A stretch of DNA of 64,000 nucleotides, taken from Candidatus Bathyarchaeota archaeon (GTDB lineage Archaea; Thermoproteota; Bathyarchaeia; Bathyarchaeales; DTEX01). The stretch's first letter is position 1; the number at the start of each line of letters is the position of its first letter. Under the pieces are notes generated by a model, which worked only from the letters and a program-made list of their open reading frames with translations, was not told where the DNA came from and did not search any database. The stretch spans positions 288,001 through 352,000 of the forward strand of contig CAVQNT010000006.1 in the NCBI GenBank assembly GCA_963714275.1, written 5' to 3'. The translations under genes and the position numbers were made by a program. Below are positions 12,145 through 22,327 of this stretch, piece by piece.

Positions 12145-13350
12145 CTACAATGCCATTTGTTGTTCTTTGATAAGTGGCTCGAACCGCCACGAATCCTTGT
12201 TGACGACCATATCGGTCAAGATTTCTTTTGAAACATTCAACGGCAACGAAAGGAAGACTCTCACGACATGTTTGCAGATTCGTTTTTCTTGGCATTGTTT
12301 CGTCCAGTCTTCGCAATTGTGCCTGATTGTCCTGCTTACAGGATCGACGTGGACCTCATATTCTTTCACGTTCGCAGAAACCATCTTTTCCGTCGCCTTC
12401 TGGAAGGACACACTGGTCTGCCTGATTGTTTCCGCCCTGTCAATTCTGCCTGCGTCCGCGAATTCACGGAGAAGCTGCGACAGCCCAAGCTTCATGACCT
12501 CTTTAGGGGATGTTTTAACCATTTCAACTGGGAGTTCAACCTGTTTCCCCGCGATGTAGTCCTGAATCGTCTTCCGAACCTTGGTTTGGAGGCGCGTTGC
12601 CTTGCCAAGCTTCTCCAGAATTTGGATGCAGTTTTCAGGCGCATAACCATGAAAGTGGTTGTTGAAGTAACCATAAACCTTCTTCGTCTTCTCTGCGGCT
12701 TCCTTCACCTTCGGAACCCACTCGTCCAGCTCCTTCTCGCTGTATCTATAATCAAACCACGGTTGGCTGTGTCTCCCGTGCCACCTAAAGTACGCGAAGT
12801 CCGCTGTAAAAACCAGTTTGGGCGGAAGAAGCGGCTCATCCACAATCGTGTAAGCAACATTGTGTTTTCTGAGAAGAGCCCAAGTCTCATCCCGAAGCCA
12901 AGAAACGTTCCTGAACTCGACAGCAAACCTGTAACTTTCAGGCAGCAAAGCCAAAAATCTGCTGAGAGTCTCTATTTCACTAAAACTAAACTCCGGTGGC
13001 AGCTGAATCAGAAGGGGACCAAGCTTGCCAGCTTCGTTCATGGGCTTCATTAATTCTAGAAACCTTTCAAGGTCAGCCTGCACGCCTTTCTCGAGGACAA
13101 GCTTTTTTGTGTGGGTTATCAGCTTCGGCAGCTTCGCAGCGAAAACGAAGTCTTTTGGCGAACCTCGGGTGAGCCCGTAAATCATGCCTGGGTTTGGGTA
13201 GACGTAGAAGGTTGAGTTAATTTCTGAGGTTTTGAAGACCCTCGCGTATTCGCTGAACATCTTTTTTCGTTCAACATAGAACGGTCCGATCCACTCCTCG
13301 TCAGCTCCAGCCTGAAGTGCCAAGGACAACATTGTCTCGGTTGGATTCAT
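12145..13350 (-). CDS. DUF72 protein fused to a C-terminal SWIM-type Zn finger
   Basis: EINSTFY, QLPP, AVEFRN, YFRWHG, YFNNH; C-terminal HNCEDW..ICKH. Confidence 0.85.
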   Translation of the reverse strand: MNPTETMLSLALQAGADEEWIGPFYVERKKMFSEYARVFKTSEINSTFYVYPNPGMIYGLTRGSPKDFVFAAKLPKLITHTKKLVLEKGVQADLERFLELMKPMNEAGKLGPLLIQLPPEFSFSEIETLSRFLALLPESYRFAVEFRNVSWLRDETWALLRKHNVAYTIVDEPLLPPKLVFTADFAYFRWHGRHSQPWFDYRYSEKELDEWVPKVKEAAEKTKKVYGYFNNHFHGYAPENCIQILEKLGKATRLQTKVRKTIQDYIAGKQVELPVEMVKTSPKEVMKLGLSQLLREFADAGRIDRAETIRQTSVSFQKATEKMVSANVKEYEVHVDPVSRTIRHNCEDWTKQCQEKRICKHVVRVFLSLPLNVSKEILTDMVVNKDSWRFEPLIKEQQMAL

Positions 13351-13566
13351 CCTCGTCTGAGCTCAAGAAACACACCTGCTGATGATTATCTATATACTTT
13401 GAACCAAATTAAGCCTATTCTGTAGGTCGCAGGATATAATTTTTCCTCAAAGACTGTAAAACATCAAAGAAATAGACTTTCACGATTGCATTATTAGATT
13501 TTCAACCTTGTGTTGAGGGCACAATCATCGTTCAGCAATCGGCTTGTTTTTTAAGTTAAAATATGC

Positions 13567-14277
13567 GTGTTGTCTTTATATTGTGTTCAGAGACAAGGAA
13601 TGATGATGGAATCCGTTGATGTCTTTCAGGAAAATCCTCCTTCGGTTCCAATGTTGCTGTTTCCTTCGAGGATACGCAAATATGTGCGGCTGACAGGACC
13701 GCAGGCTCACGAAAGCATAAATAGCCTTGTCACTGAAGTTCCTGGCTCAAAAATACTGTCATCGAGCCAAGGAGAGACCTTGACGACCAAGATGAGGCTA
13801 GACGGGATTTTTGGAGCATCCGTAACCATCAACGTTCTCTCAGAGGGAGAGGTGAGCGCTTTAGACTTCGTTTTCAGCTACAAAAGGGCAATGTCCATCG
13901 CGTTTATAATTGGTACAATTATAATATCGTTAGGACTACTTGTCTTCAGAAACATTCTCACGGTCGTAGGCTTCGCCCTTGTCATACCTTTGATTTTTAA
14001 CGCCAACAATTCAGCGGTCAATTTTTTGGACATACTGAACAAAACCTTGCCCTTCATCGAAAAAGAGGTTGCCCAAAAAGCCTTATCGGCAGACCGCGAA
14101 AGATGGAAAGCCCAACCAAAAGACACTGAGGACCTTTACAGGAGATTAAGCGAAAAACACATCAAAACATGGGGCAACACGAAGGTCTTAGAGTACAAAA
14201 TCGCCGAATACAAGATTCAAGGCTTGACCCTTGACGAGGCAATCAGGAAGACCACTGAAGAAGAAGGCATAAATTAA
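13567..14277 (+). CDS. Hypothetical membrane protein
   Basis: 236-aa ORF with two central TM segments. Confidence 0.6.
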   Translation: MLSLYCVQRQGMMMESVDVFQENPPSVPMLLFPSRIRKYVRLTGPQAHESINSLVTEVPGSKILSSSQGETLTTKMRLDGIFGASVTINVLSEGEVSALDFVFSYKRAMSIAFIIGTIIISLGLLVFRNILTVVGFALVIPLIFNANNSAVNFLDILNKTLPFIEKEVAQKALSADRERWKAQPKDTEDLYRRLSEKHIKTWGNTKVLEYKIAEYKIQGLTLDEAIRKTTEEEGIN

Positions 14278-14324
14278 AATCAAAAAACATAGCAAAAAAG
14301 ACGCTTCAGACCACAATTTAGAGG

Positions 14325-15629
14325 TTACGGATAGACTCTGTTGATGAGTCTCGGGAAAGCAACAGCGTCTCTTATGTGTTCGAGTTTGCACATCCACGCG
14401 ATGACCCGTTCAACGCCTAATCCGAATCCTGAATGGGGCACTGAACCGTACCGCCTAAGGTCTACGTACCACCCGTAATCCTTCGGATTAAGGTTCTCCT
14501 CCTCCATCCTTTTCAGCAGTTCGTTTAGATCGTGAATTCTTTGTCCTCCGCCAGTGATTTCCCCGTAGCCTTCGGGAGCTAAAAGGTCAGCTGACAACGT
14601 GACTTCGGGATTTTCGGGGTCAGGTTTATGGTAAAAAGCTTTTATGCCCTTCGGGAAATGCGTAACAAAGAACGGCTTGCTGTATTCTTCGGTTAACTGT
14701 TTTTCCTCAAGCCAGCCAAGGTCGTCTCCGTATTTAATTTGAACCCCCTTCTTTACGAGGATTTCGACAACTTCATCGTAACGGATCCTCTGGAAAGGAG
14801 GCATCATCCTAGAAAGCTCTTCGGGAGGTCTCCCCAAAGCCTTAAGCTCCTTAGACGCCTTTTCAGCTAAGACTTTGAAGACGTGTTCCAGAAGGCTTTC
14901 CTGAACCTTCATCACGCAATCCAAGTCGCACCACGGCGCTTCAGCCTCAAGGTGCCAGTATTCAGTTAGGTGCCTGCGGGTTCTGGACTTCTCCGCCCTG
15001 AACGATGGAGCAAGGGTGTAAATTTTGCCTAAACTCGCTATCGCTGCCTCCGCGTACAGCTGCCAGCTTTGACTTAGGTAGGCTTCTTGCTCGAAATATT
15101 TCACAGAGAAAAGGGTTGAGCCGCCCTCGCAAGCAGCAGTAATCAGCGTCGGAGAGTGGAACTCGGTATACCCGTTTTTTTGGAACCATTCTCTGGCTGC
15201 TTCGAGGAACTTCGCCCTCACGCGGAGAATTGTCTGCATCTTCGGGTTTCTAATCCACAAGTGCCTATTGTCAAGAAGGAACTCTGGACCGTGAAACTTC
15301 TTAGCAATCGGGTAGCTCTCCTCAGCTGACTGTACGACGTTCATGTTTTCGATTCTAAGTTCGTACCCGCCAGGGGCTCGGTGGTCCTCGTAGACTTCGC
15401 CTGTGGACTCCAACGACGATTCCTGGGTCACGTTTTTTGTGGCTTCGAACTTTTCGTCGTCCACTTTACCCTTCTTCATTGTGCACTGGATTAAGCCTGT
15501 TCCGTCGCGTATCATAAAGAAGTGGATGCCACCGCTTGACCGCATGTTGTCAAGCCAGCCGTGGATTTGCACCTTCTCTCCAGTGTGTTGACCAGAAAGA
15601 ATGGACGAAACATCGACGAACCCGTTCAT
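14325..15629 (-). CDS. asnS: Asparagine--tRNA ligase
   Basis: NRHLWIR, CEGGSTLF, YLSQSWQLY, FRAEKSRTRRHLTEYW, PHSGFGLGVER. Confidence 0.95.
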   Translation of the reverse strand: MNGFVDVSSILSGQHTGEKVQIHGWLDNMRSSGGIHFFMIRDGTGLIQCTMKKGKVDDEKFEATKNVTQESSLESTGEVYEDHRAPGGYELRIENMNVVQSAEESYPIAKKFHGPEFLLDNRHLWIRNPKMQTILRVRAKFLEAAREWFQKNGYTEFHSPTLITAACEGGSTLFSVKYFEQEAYLSQSWQLYAEAAIASLGKIYTLAPSFRAEKSRTRRHLTEYWHLEAEAPWCDLDCVMKVQESLLEHVFKVLAEKASKELKALGRPPEELSRMMPPFQRIRYDEVVEILVKKGVQIKYGDDLGWLEEKQLTEEYSKPFFVTHFPKGIKAFYHKPDPENPEVTLSADLLAPEGYGEITGGGQRIHDLNELLKRMEEENLNPKDYGWYVDLRRYGSVPHSGFGLGVERVIAWMCKLEHIRDAVAFPRLINRVYP

Positions 15630-15729
15630 GACAGACCCTCAAGACCGCAAATTAACAAAATGTATCTCAAGGGCTTCTAAAAGATTTTTCTAATACAGTC
15701 TCAGTTCTTAACCATGTTTCTTCTCGAAG

Positions 15730-16407
15730 TTAAGCTGTTTCGTCAGGCTTCTTCGCTGCCTTGTACAACTTTTTTTCGTAGGCGCTTTTTGGCTTGAACT
15801 TGCCCCTGTAAGTTCTTGGAGCAGACCTTTGTTTTTCAATGTTTTTGTACCGTGCCAGATTCTTAGCCACCTTCGTCTTAGACGGAGCCAACGGCTTTCG
15901 TGGTCGACGTTTAAGGGCTAAAGCCTTGAAAGCAGGTGAAATGGGTTTACGTCTTTGCCGTTTCTTCGGAACATCAGATGACGTTGGCTTCTCCTTCCTG
16001 AAGGATGCCTCCTTTATTGCTAAATTAACTTTTTCAACTTTCCAGCCAACTGTCAACCACGCTTCGGATGGCGAACGGTTCAAGCTGTTGTTCCACCAGC
16101 GTTCGTTGTCGTAGGCAGAATAGGGCAGCTTGTCACCGAGTATGTCCTCAATATACTTGAACGAAAGAGTCACGAAATTCGAATATTGTGCCCTTCGGAC
16201 GAAAAATTTACTTAGCGGGGCGTATTTGCTTCGTGGAGCTGCGGGCATAAGCCTTCGTTTGGCGCATCCTAGGCACGTTGGCTTCCCTTCCTCGTCATAG
16301 ATGAGGCAGTTCCTGCAATACAGCCTTCTGCATCTGTTGCATCGGGAGAGGGCATAGTACGGGAATGTTACGCCGCAAAGTGAACAGTCTTCTTCAATCA
16401 CAACCAT
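15730..16407 (-). CDS. Hypothetical protein: Cys-rich Zn finger, central domain, basic tail
   Basis: Four CxxC pairs, SKYAPL..LSFKYIEDILG..WWNN domain, Lys/Arg-rich C-terminus. Confidence 0.6.
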   Translation of the reverse strand: MVVIEEDCSLCGVTFPYYALSRCNRCRRLYCRNCLIYDEEGKPTCLGCAKRRLMPAAPRSKYAPLSKFFVRRAQYSNFVTLSFKYIEDILGDKLPYSAYDNERWWNNSLNRSPSEAWLTVGWKVEKVNLAIKEASFRKEKPTSSDVPKKRQRRKPISPAFKALALKRRPRKPLAPSKTKVAKNLARYKNIEKQRSAPRTYRGKFKPKSAYEKKLYKAAKKPDETA

Positions 16408-16631
16408 GACAACGACACGAAGCCTTTCTGCAATCCATAAAAAGATTGCGCAGCAACGAGATAAAGGTTCAGTTACTAATGCCTCTTGAAAACAATTGGA
16501 TTAAGGCAGCGGAAGACCTTCTCGGTTCCAGTCATAATAGGAAATAAAGGTTCAAATCTATGTGTTTGAAGGAAAACTGTTAAATTGTAAAAATATGAAA
16601 CTGTTGAACGATTGTCTGGAGAGGGTCTGAT

Positions 16632-17666
16632 TTGGAAAAGGTTGTAACTTTTGGAGAAGTCATGCTTAGGCTCACGCCGCCCAATTTTCTAAGGTTCGTT
16701 CAGGCGAGGTCTTTCGACGCAATCTATGGCGGAGGAGAAGCCAACGTTGCCATGGCTTTAGCCCAATTCGGCGTTCCCGTGGACTACGTAACAAGGCTTC
16801 CAGCCAACGCGGTTGGAGACGCCTGCCTAAACTACATGAGGCAATACGATGTTGGAACAGGCAAAATAGTGCGTGGAGGAGAAAGACTCGGTATATACTT
16901 CATGGAGATGGGTGCAGCTCAGCGGGGAAGCGAAGTAATCTACGACCGCGCAAACTCGTCTCTAGCGACCATCGAACCCGGAATGGTGAACTGGGACGCA
17001 ATTTTCTCCGACGCGTGCTGGTTCCATTGGACTGGAATCACACCCGCAATTAGCAAAGGTGCAGCGGAAACGTGCCTCGAAGCCGCCAAAAAAGCTAAGG
17101 AGAAGGGTCTAACGGTTTCCTGCGACCTGAACTACCGGGCAAAGCTTTGGAAGTGGGGAAAGACCGCGACTGAAGTTATGACTGAGCTCGTAAAATATGC
17201 TGACATAGCGGTATGCAACGAGGAAGACGCGGAGAAAGTGTTCGGCATCAAGGCGGCGGGCGTTGACGTTTTGAAGGGCAAGGTTGAGGCTGAAAAATAC
17301 CTTTACGTTGCACAAAAGTTGATGGAGGGTTTCCCTAACCTCAGCAAAGTTGCCATCACGCTGCGGGGAAGCATCAGCGCAAGCCACAACACGTGGTCAG
17401 GCTTACTTTACGACGGAAAAGCCTTCCTTTTAGCCCCAACTTACGACATAACCAACATCGTTGACAGAGTAGGAGGCGGAGACTCCTTCGCAGCTGGCTT
17501 AATCTACGGAATCCTCAAGTTTGGTGGCGACCTTCAGAAGGCTCTGAACTTCGCTGTGGCTGCCTCGTGCCTCAAACACACGGTTTTCGGGGACTCAAAC
17601 ATTGCCTCGATTGTTGAGGTTGAGAAGATAATGTCCGGAATAGTTTCGGGCAGGGTTTCAAGGTAA
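16632..17666 (+). CDS. kdgK: 2-keto-3-deoxygluconate kinase (PfkB family)
   Basis: FGEVMLRL, GGGEANVA, DLNYRAKLW, DRVGGGDSFAAG. Confidence 0.9.
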   Translation: MEKVVTFGEVMLRLTPPNFLRFVQARSFDAIYGGGEANVAMALAQFGVPVDYVTRLPANAVGDACLNYMRQYDVGTGKIVRGGERLGIYFMEMGAAQRGSEVIYDRANSSLATIEPGMVNWDAIFSDACWFHWTGITPAISKGAAETCLEAAKKAKEKGLTVSCDLNYRAKLWKWGKTATEVMTELVKYADIAVCNEEDAEKVFGIKAAGVDVLKGKVEAEKYLYVAQKLMEGFPNLSKVAITLRGSISASHNTWSGLLYDGKAFLLAPTYDITNIVDRVGGGDSFAAGLIYGILKFGGDLQKALNFAVAASCLKHTVFGDSNIASIVEVEKIMSGIVSGRVSR

Positions 17667-17688
17667 CAGAAAAATTGAAGGTGGTTTT

Positions 17689-18708
17689 GTGGCGAAATTC
17701 ATGAAACATGTTGTCGTTGGAAAAATATTGGAGCTCGGTTTAGTGCCTGTTTTCTACCAAGATGATTTGGAAACAGCGAAAAAAATCGTTCAGGCGTGCG
17801 TGGACAGCGGACAGAAAGTCGTCGAATTCACTAACAGAGGAGATTTTGCCTACCAGGTCTTCGCAGAGCTAGCAAAATGGGTCAACACGCAATTCAAAGA
17901 CATCATCATAGGCGTGGGTTCAGTCATCGACCCCGTCACAGCTGTACTTTACATCAACAGCGGAGCTAACTTCGTTGTCGGACCAGTTTTTAACCCAGAA
18001 ATCGCAAAGGTCTGCAACCGCCGTAAAGTGCCGTACTCGCCAGGATGCGGAAGTGCATCAGAAATTTCGGAGGCTGAGGAGATGGGAAGCGACATAGTCA
18101 AGGTTTTCCCAGGTGAGGAAGTTGGCGGTCCAGCCTTCATCAAAAACCTGCTTGCCCCATGCCCGTGGGTTAAGCTGATGCCGACTGGAGGAGTAGACAC
18201 TACGCGTGAAAGCATTTCGGAATGGATCAAAGCCGGAGCAGCTGCCCTAGGCATAGGGTCGAAACTGATTTCTAAGGAGCTCGTCGCCGCAGGCGATTTC
18301 GAAGCCATATCAAAGAAGACTGAACAGTGCCTCTGGTGGATAAAGGAAGCGAGAGGAACCCCGCTGTTTCTGGGAATCGAGCATCCAGGTCTCTACCCCG
18401 ACAAAGTGTCCGCTGAAGAAATTACGAACTGGTATGCAGAAATCTTTAAGTTCAATAAGACAGAGGGAAACTCATCCTTCTTCCTTTCTGGTCAAGGAAC
18501 AGGAAGAATCGAAATCATGAAGAAACCTGAGCCCATTAAATGCCACATTGCAGTGCGAGTTTCAAATTTCGAAGAAGCCTGCAAACAACTGCGGGACAAA
18601 GGCGTCGAACTCGAAGAACCCAAAATCAGCAAAACAGCCAAAGCCATATACCTAAAAGAACCGGACCCAGCGGGAAACAGAGTCCACTTGCTCTATATGG
18701 CTCCATAA
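17689..18708 (+). CDS. eda: KDPG/KHG aldolase fused to a C-terminal VOC (glyoxalase-like) domain
   Basis: VEFTNRG, VKVFPG, MPTGGV; C-terminal EHPGLY..HIAVRV..DPAGNRVHL. Confidence 0.85.
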   Translation: MAKFMKHVVVGKILELGLVPVFYQDDLETAKKIVQACVDSGQKVVEFTNRGDFAYQVFAELAKWVNTQFKDIIIGVGSVIDPVTAVLYINSGANFVVGPVFNPEIAKVCNRRKVPYSPGCGSASEISEAEEMGSDIVKVFPGEEVGGPAFIKNLLAPCPWVKLMPTGGVDTTRESISEWIKAGAAALGIGSKLISKELVAAGDFEAISKKTEQCLWWIKEARGTPLFLGIEHPGLYPDKVSAEEITNWYAEIFKFNKTEGNSSFFLSGQGTGRIEIMKKPEPIKCHIAVRVSNFEEACKQLRDKGVELEEPKISKTAKAIYLKEPDPAGNRVHLLYMAP

Positions 18709-18735
18709 AATTCCAAAATTTTCCTTTTTTGTGAA

Positions 18736-19485
18736 TTAACAACCTAAAACTAACAGTTTGTCTTCGATGTCTCCACAAATTTCTTTCAGGGCTACGCTGA
18801 ATTTTGTTTCCAACAGTCCTTCAATGTTTCCGATGTTTTCCTCAAGTCCAGAATCATAGGGAACAGCACCCAAATAGCAGATGCCCTTAAGTTCGACTTG
18901 TTGCTTTATCCATGACGAATCATTTACCTGCATGTTCTCTACGACACCAAGCACTGGAACTTTGGATTCTTTCAGCAGGTCGACGAGTTTTCTGACCGTT
19001 TCGAAAGCGAGCTTAGAGGGAGTCGTGACCACAAGGAACTTTACGTTTTTAACGAACCGAAGCAGGTCCAACGTGACATCGCCTAATCCGGGCGGCATGT
19101 CTAAGACGAGAAAGTCCAGTTTCCCCCACTTTATCACTGCCAATAACTCAATCAAAACATCGGTTGTTTCGAAGCCTCTTAATGGTGAGGCGTGTTCAGC
19201 GGAATAGTATACAACCGACATGTAATGTAGACCGTGAACATTCGGAGGAACAATGCCTTTTTTCTCTTTCGGTTTTTTTTCCCCAATGTCTAGAACGATG
19301 TGCGACGATGGGCTTGTAAAGTCAAGGTCCAAAAATCCAATCTTGTAGCCTTTGCGAGCAAGAGTCAAGGCTAGGACTGATGCAACGAGGCTTTTTCCTA
19401 CGCCTCCTTTCCCGCTTAAGACTGCGATTATGTTCTTGATACTCTTTAAACGCTTGTCAATAATTGCTGTTCTGGGGTCGCTCAA
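18736..19485 (-). CDS. Mrp/NBP35 family ATP-binding protein
   Basis: SGKGGVGKS, WGKLDFLVLDMPPG, GVVENM. Confidence 0.9.
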   Translation of the reverse strand: MSDPRTAIIDKRLKSIKNIIAVLSGKGGVGKSLVASVLALTLARKGYKIGFLDLDFTSPSSHIVLDIGEKKPKEKKGIVPPNVHGLHYMSVVYYSAEHASPLRGFETTDVLIELLAVIKWGKLDFLVLDMPPGLGDVTLDLLRFVKNVKFLVVTTPSKLAFETVRKLVDLLKESKVPVLGVVENMQVNDSSWIKQQVELKGICYLGAVPYDSGLEENIGNIEGLLETKFSVALKEICGDIEDKLLVLGC

Positions 19486-19886
19486 TGTTGTTTTTCGCCT
19501 TTTACGCTTTGTATCCAGACTCCTCGTCCACGTTCAACCTCGAAATCTGGGCTGCTGCAAACTGGGCATCTAACGTATGCGTGGGCAATTTCTGGAACAA
19601 AATGGATAGCCTCCTTCGCGGATTCGTCCAACCCAGTTTTACTGAAGGACCACTTGTGTCCGCAATTCCTGCATTTCAGCCTTGCACGCGTCTTTGTGAC
19701 ATTGACCCTTGCGTTCTTTAGTTTACCCGAGAAAAGCTGCGAAAGGGCAAACTTGAAAATCCCAAGGTCTACCTGCTGGAGCTCCCCAAGCTTGAGGTTG
19801 ATGGCTGAAACCATTTTAAGCCCTTCTTTCTCAGCCAGGTTAGAGACTGCGGAAACGACTGCTTCAGCGAGAGCCCACTCGTGCAT
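19482..19886 (-). CDS. hypA: Hydrogenase nickel incorporation protein
   Basis: MHEWALA, GELQQVD, CxxC..CPxC. Confidence 0.93.
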   Translation of the reverse strand: MHEWALAEAVVSAVSNLAEKEGLKMVSAINLKLGELQQVDLGIFKFALSQLFSGKLKNARVNVTKTRARLKCRNCGHKWSFSKTGLDESAKEAIHFVPEIAHAYVRCPVCSSPDFEVERGRGVWIQSVKGEKQH

Positions 19887-19942
19887 ATGGGAGAATTGGG
19901 TCCACTTTATTTAAGGATATGCCGTCGATGTGTTGCGGATTT

Positions 19943-20740
19943 TCAGGTGTTCTTCTTCGCCTTTTTGGCTTCGACGACTATTTTCTCCGCTTCCTTTTTT
20001 ATTGTCCCGCTTTCTTCTCGGTGTTTACCCAGTGCAAGCTGCCTTCTCACGACTTCCCGTTCGATCAGCCTTTCTTTGATGGTTACTTCCATGATGCTCG
20101 CTGTTTTTGTTTGTGCCCATTGAACAGGAACAACAATCGACACAGGCTTCTCCCCCTCTGTGCGAGTAGGCTTAGCTAATGGAAGGAACGGTTCCTTGAT
20201 GAATGGTTTGACTGCTTTGGCTTTTCGCGCCTTCTTTCTTGCGACCGCTTTCTTTGACGGCTTCACAGGGGCTTTGGTCGGTTTCCTTTTTTTGGTTTTC
20301 TTTGTCGCCTTATTTATTAATCCGATTTTTTCAGCATGTTTTTTGACTTTTTGGTTAGATAGAACCTTGAGTACTTTGACAATGTCTTTCTTTTTGATTA
20401 CCTTCTTGACCCAAAATAAAGTGGACTTTTCTAGGAGGACTCCGGTTTCCTTCGCCAATTGTTGCAGTTGACGGGTGCTCATTATGTAAAGCAGCTCTTC
20501 TTTCGTAAGCCGATTTATGCCCAGCAGTTCGATGATGTCGGATTCTCTGAACTCTGAAGCGACAAGAACGTCTTTGGCTTCCTCTTTTGACCTTGCCTTC
20601 TGAACATTGCCGTAGGCGTCCTCTTTCTGAAGCATAATACCGTTCCATTGGGCAAGAAGTCTAAGATCATCTAAGCTCAATCTACTCAGTAGTTCCCATG
20701 TTGATTCAAAATCTGCCAGTTTAGCTGAAACGGACAACAA
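19943..20740 (-). CDS. Hypothetical protein with Lys-rich low-complexity linker
   Basis: 265-aa ORF; no family recognised. Confidence 0.5.
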   Translation of the reverse strand: MLSVSAKLADFESTWELLSRLSLDDLRLLAQWNGIMLQKEDAYGNVQKARSKEEAKDVLVASEFRESDIIELLGINRLTKEELLYIMSTRQLQQLAKETGVLLEKSTLFWVKKVIKKKDIVKVLKVLSNQKVKKHAEKIGLINKATKKTKKRKPTKAPVKPSKKAVARKKARKAKAVKPFIKEPFLPLAKPTRTEGEKPVSIVVPVQWAQTKTASIMEVTIKERLIEREVVRRQLALGKHREESGTIKKEAEKIVVEAKKAKKNT

Positions 20741-20850
20741 CTATCCCCAAACAGAATTATTAGAATCTATAGATACAAAAGCCTTATGGATTTCGGTTAG
20801 TTCCATATTGTTGAGAAAAACAGCTTAAAACTTCGGAGGTAACGGACAAA

Positions 20851-21927
20851 ATGGTCGCAAAAGGTGAACAAATAACGATGCTGCATGGAGCAGGCGGCTC
20901 CGTCATGCATGACCTAATTCTAAATTATGTCGTAAAATATCTAGGAAAAACAAAGGCTCCAAGGTTCGCTGAGGTGCCTTTGAGTGCTTTGGCTGACGCA
21001 GCGGTCGTAGACGGCATTGTGTTGAAAAGCGATTCTCACGCGGTTAAGCCTATCTTTTTTCCCGGCGGAGACATTGGACGGTTAGCTGTTTCGGGCACAG
21101 TGAACGACATCTCGGTTCTGGGAGCTGAACCTGTCGCGTTGGCTTGCGGTCTCATCTTGGAGGAGGGTCTCCGTTTGGCTGACCTTGAACGAATCCTAGC
21201 AAGCATGAGAGACGCCTGTGTTGAGGCTGGGGTTGGAATTGTTACAGGCGACACTAAGGTCGTTGAGAAGGGTAGTCTCGGAGGATGCGTAATCAATGTT
21301 TCGGGGTTTGGTAGACGAAGCGACGCCCTCGAAAAGAACATGGCGGTCGTGAAAAGGTTCAAAAAAACCTTCAACAGCCGATGGATTCTTGACCAAAACC
21401 TTTCAGCTGGCGACAAAATAATCGTTTCAGGCACCATAGGCGACCACGGATTAGCTGTTTTTTCAGCTCAGGAAGGCTTAAGCTTCGGAAGCGGAATAAA
21501 GTCTGACGTTAAACCGCTGAACCGTCTGATTAAACGTTTGCTTGGAGAAGTAGGCGGCGTCGTTTCAATGAAGGACCCGACCCGTGGGGGACTGGCTGAT
21601 GCACTAAACGAGTTCAGCGACAAATCAGGCGTCGGTATACTCCTCGAAGAAGGGAAGGTTCCGATTCGGGAAGACGTCAAGGCAGCCTGCGAAATGCTGG
21701 GTCTGGACCCATTCGAGGTGGGCAATGAAGGAAAAATCATAATTGGCGTGGTCAAAGAAAAAGCGGAGAACCTTTTAGACTTGTTGCGGTCAACCGAGGA
21801 AGGAAAAGGCGCCGAGATCATCGGTGAAGCAACAGCACAATTCAAAGGCGTCGCCATGCAAACCGCGGTAGGCGGAAAAAGAATTGTTGCGAGGCCAGTT
21901 GGGGACCCTGTTCCTCGAATATGCTAG
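20851..21927 (+). CDS. hypE: Hydrogenase maturation protein HypE
   Basis: HGAGG, FFPGGDIGRLAVSGTVND, DPTRGG, C-terminal PRIC. Confidence 0.96.
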   Translation: MVAKGEQITMLHGAGGSVMHDLILNYVVKYLGKTKAPRFAEVPLSALADAAVVDGIVLKSDSHAVKPIFFPGGDIGRLAVSGTVNDISVLGAEPVALACGLILEEGLRLADLERILASMRDACVEAGVGIVTGDTKVVEKGSLGGCVINVSGFGRRSDALEKNMAVVKRFKKTFNSRWILDQNLSAGDKIIVSGTIGDHGLAVFSAQEGLSFGSGIKSDVKPLNRLIKRLLGEVGGVVSMKDPTRGGLADALNEFSDKSGVGILLEEGKVPIREDVKAACEMLGLDPFEVGNEGKIIIGVVKEKAENLLDLLRSTEEGKGAEIIGEATAQFKGVAMQTAVGGKRIVARPVGDPVPRIC

Positions 21928-22125
21928 CTTTTATAATATTTGATTGTCAAGAGCAAAAGTCTTATTTGAACTATGATAGAGCAATCATAGAACAAGTGGT
22001 GATATCTCCCGCACCCCCCCTTTTTTTGTTTTCTTCGTTGTGAAGGTCTTTTCTGTTTCTGGTAGGGCAGATTCTTCCGTAGCCACTGAGATCAACAATT
22101 CTCAGGAGGGGAGATGGTATGAAAA

Positions 22126-22323
22126 ATGACTGAAGCTATTGTCAGACTTGTTGTCAGACGGACTTATCGAGGCGTCCCCTATAACGTTAATGCGTGCCTG
22201 CAAAGCCTAACCAGCGTTGAGCCCGTGATGGCTGTTGTTGGCCAGATTGAAGCATTCATCGACCACGCAATCCAGAAACAAAGTATGGAAGAGAAGGGCT
22301 TCCAGGCGGAGTATGTAACATAA
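22126..22323 (+). CDS. Small hypothetical protein
   Basis: 65-aa ORF after GGAGG-type RBS, first of a co-directional run of small ORFs. Confidence 0.45.
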   Translation: MTEAIVRLVVRRTYRGVPYNVNACLQSLTSVEPVMAVVGQIEAFIDHAIQKQSMEEKGFQAEYVT

Positions 22324-22327
22324 TAGG

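Noticed and set aside
4406-13053. Long antisense ORFs such as 4665-5468 and 12268-13053
   Set aside because: Shadow frames of well-supported genes on the opposite strand, with no recognisable motifs.
21995-22030. tRNA 3' end / attL site at CTCCCGCACCCCCCC
   Set aside because: No T-loop (GTTCRA) or cloverleaf upstream and no second copy in the window; may simply be a terminator.
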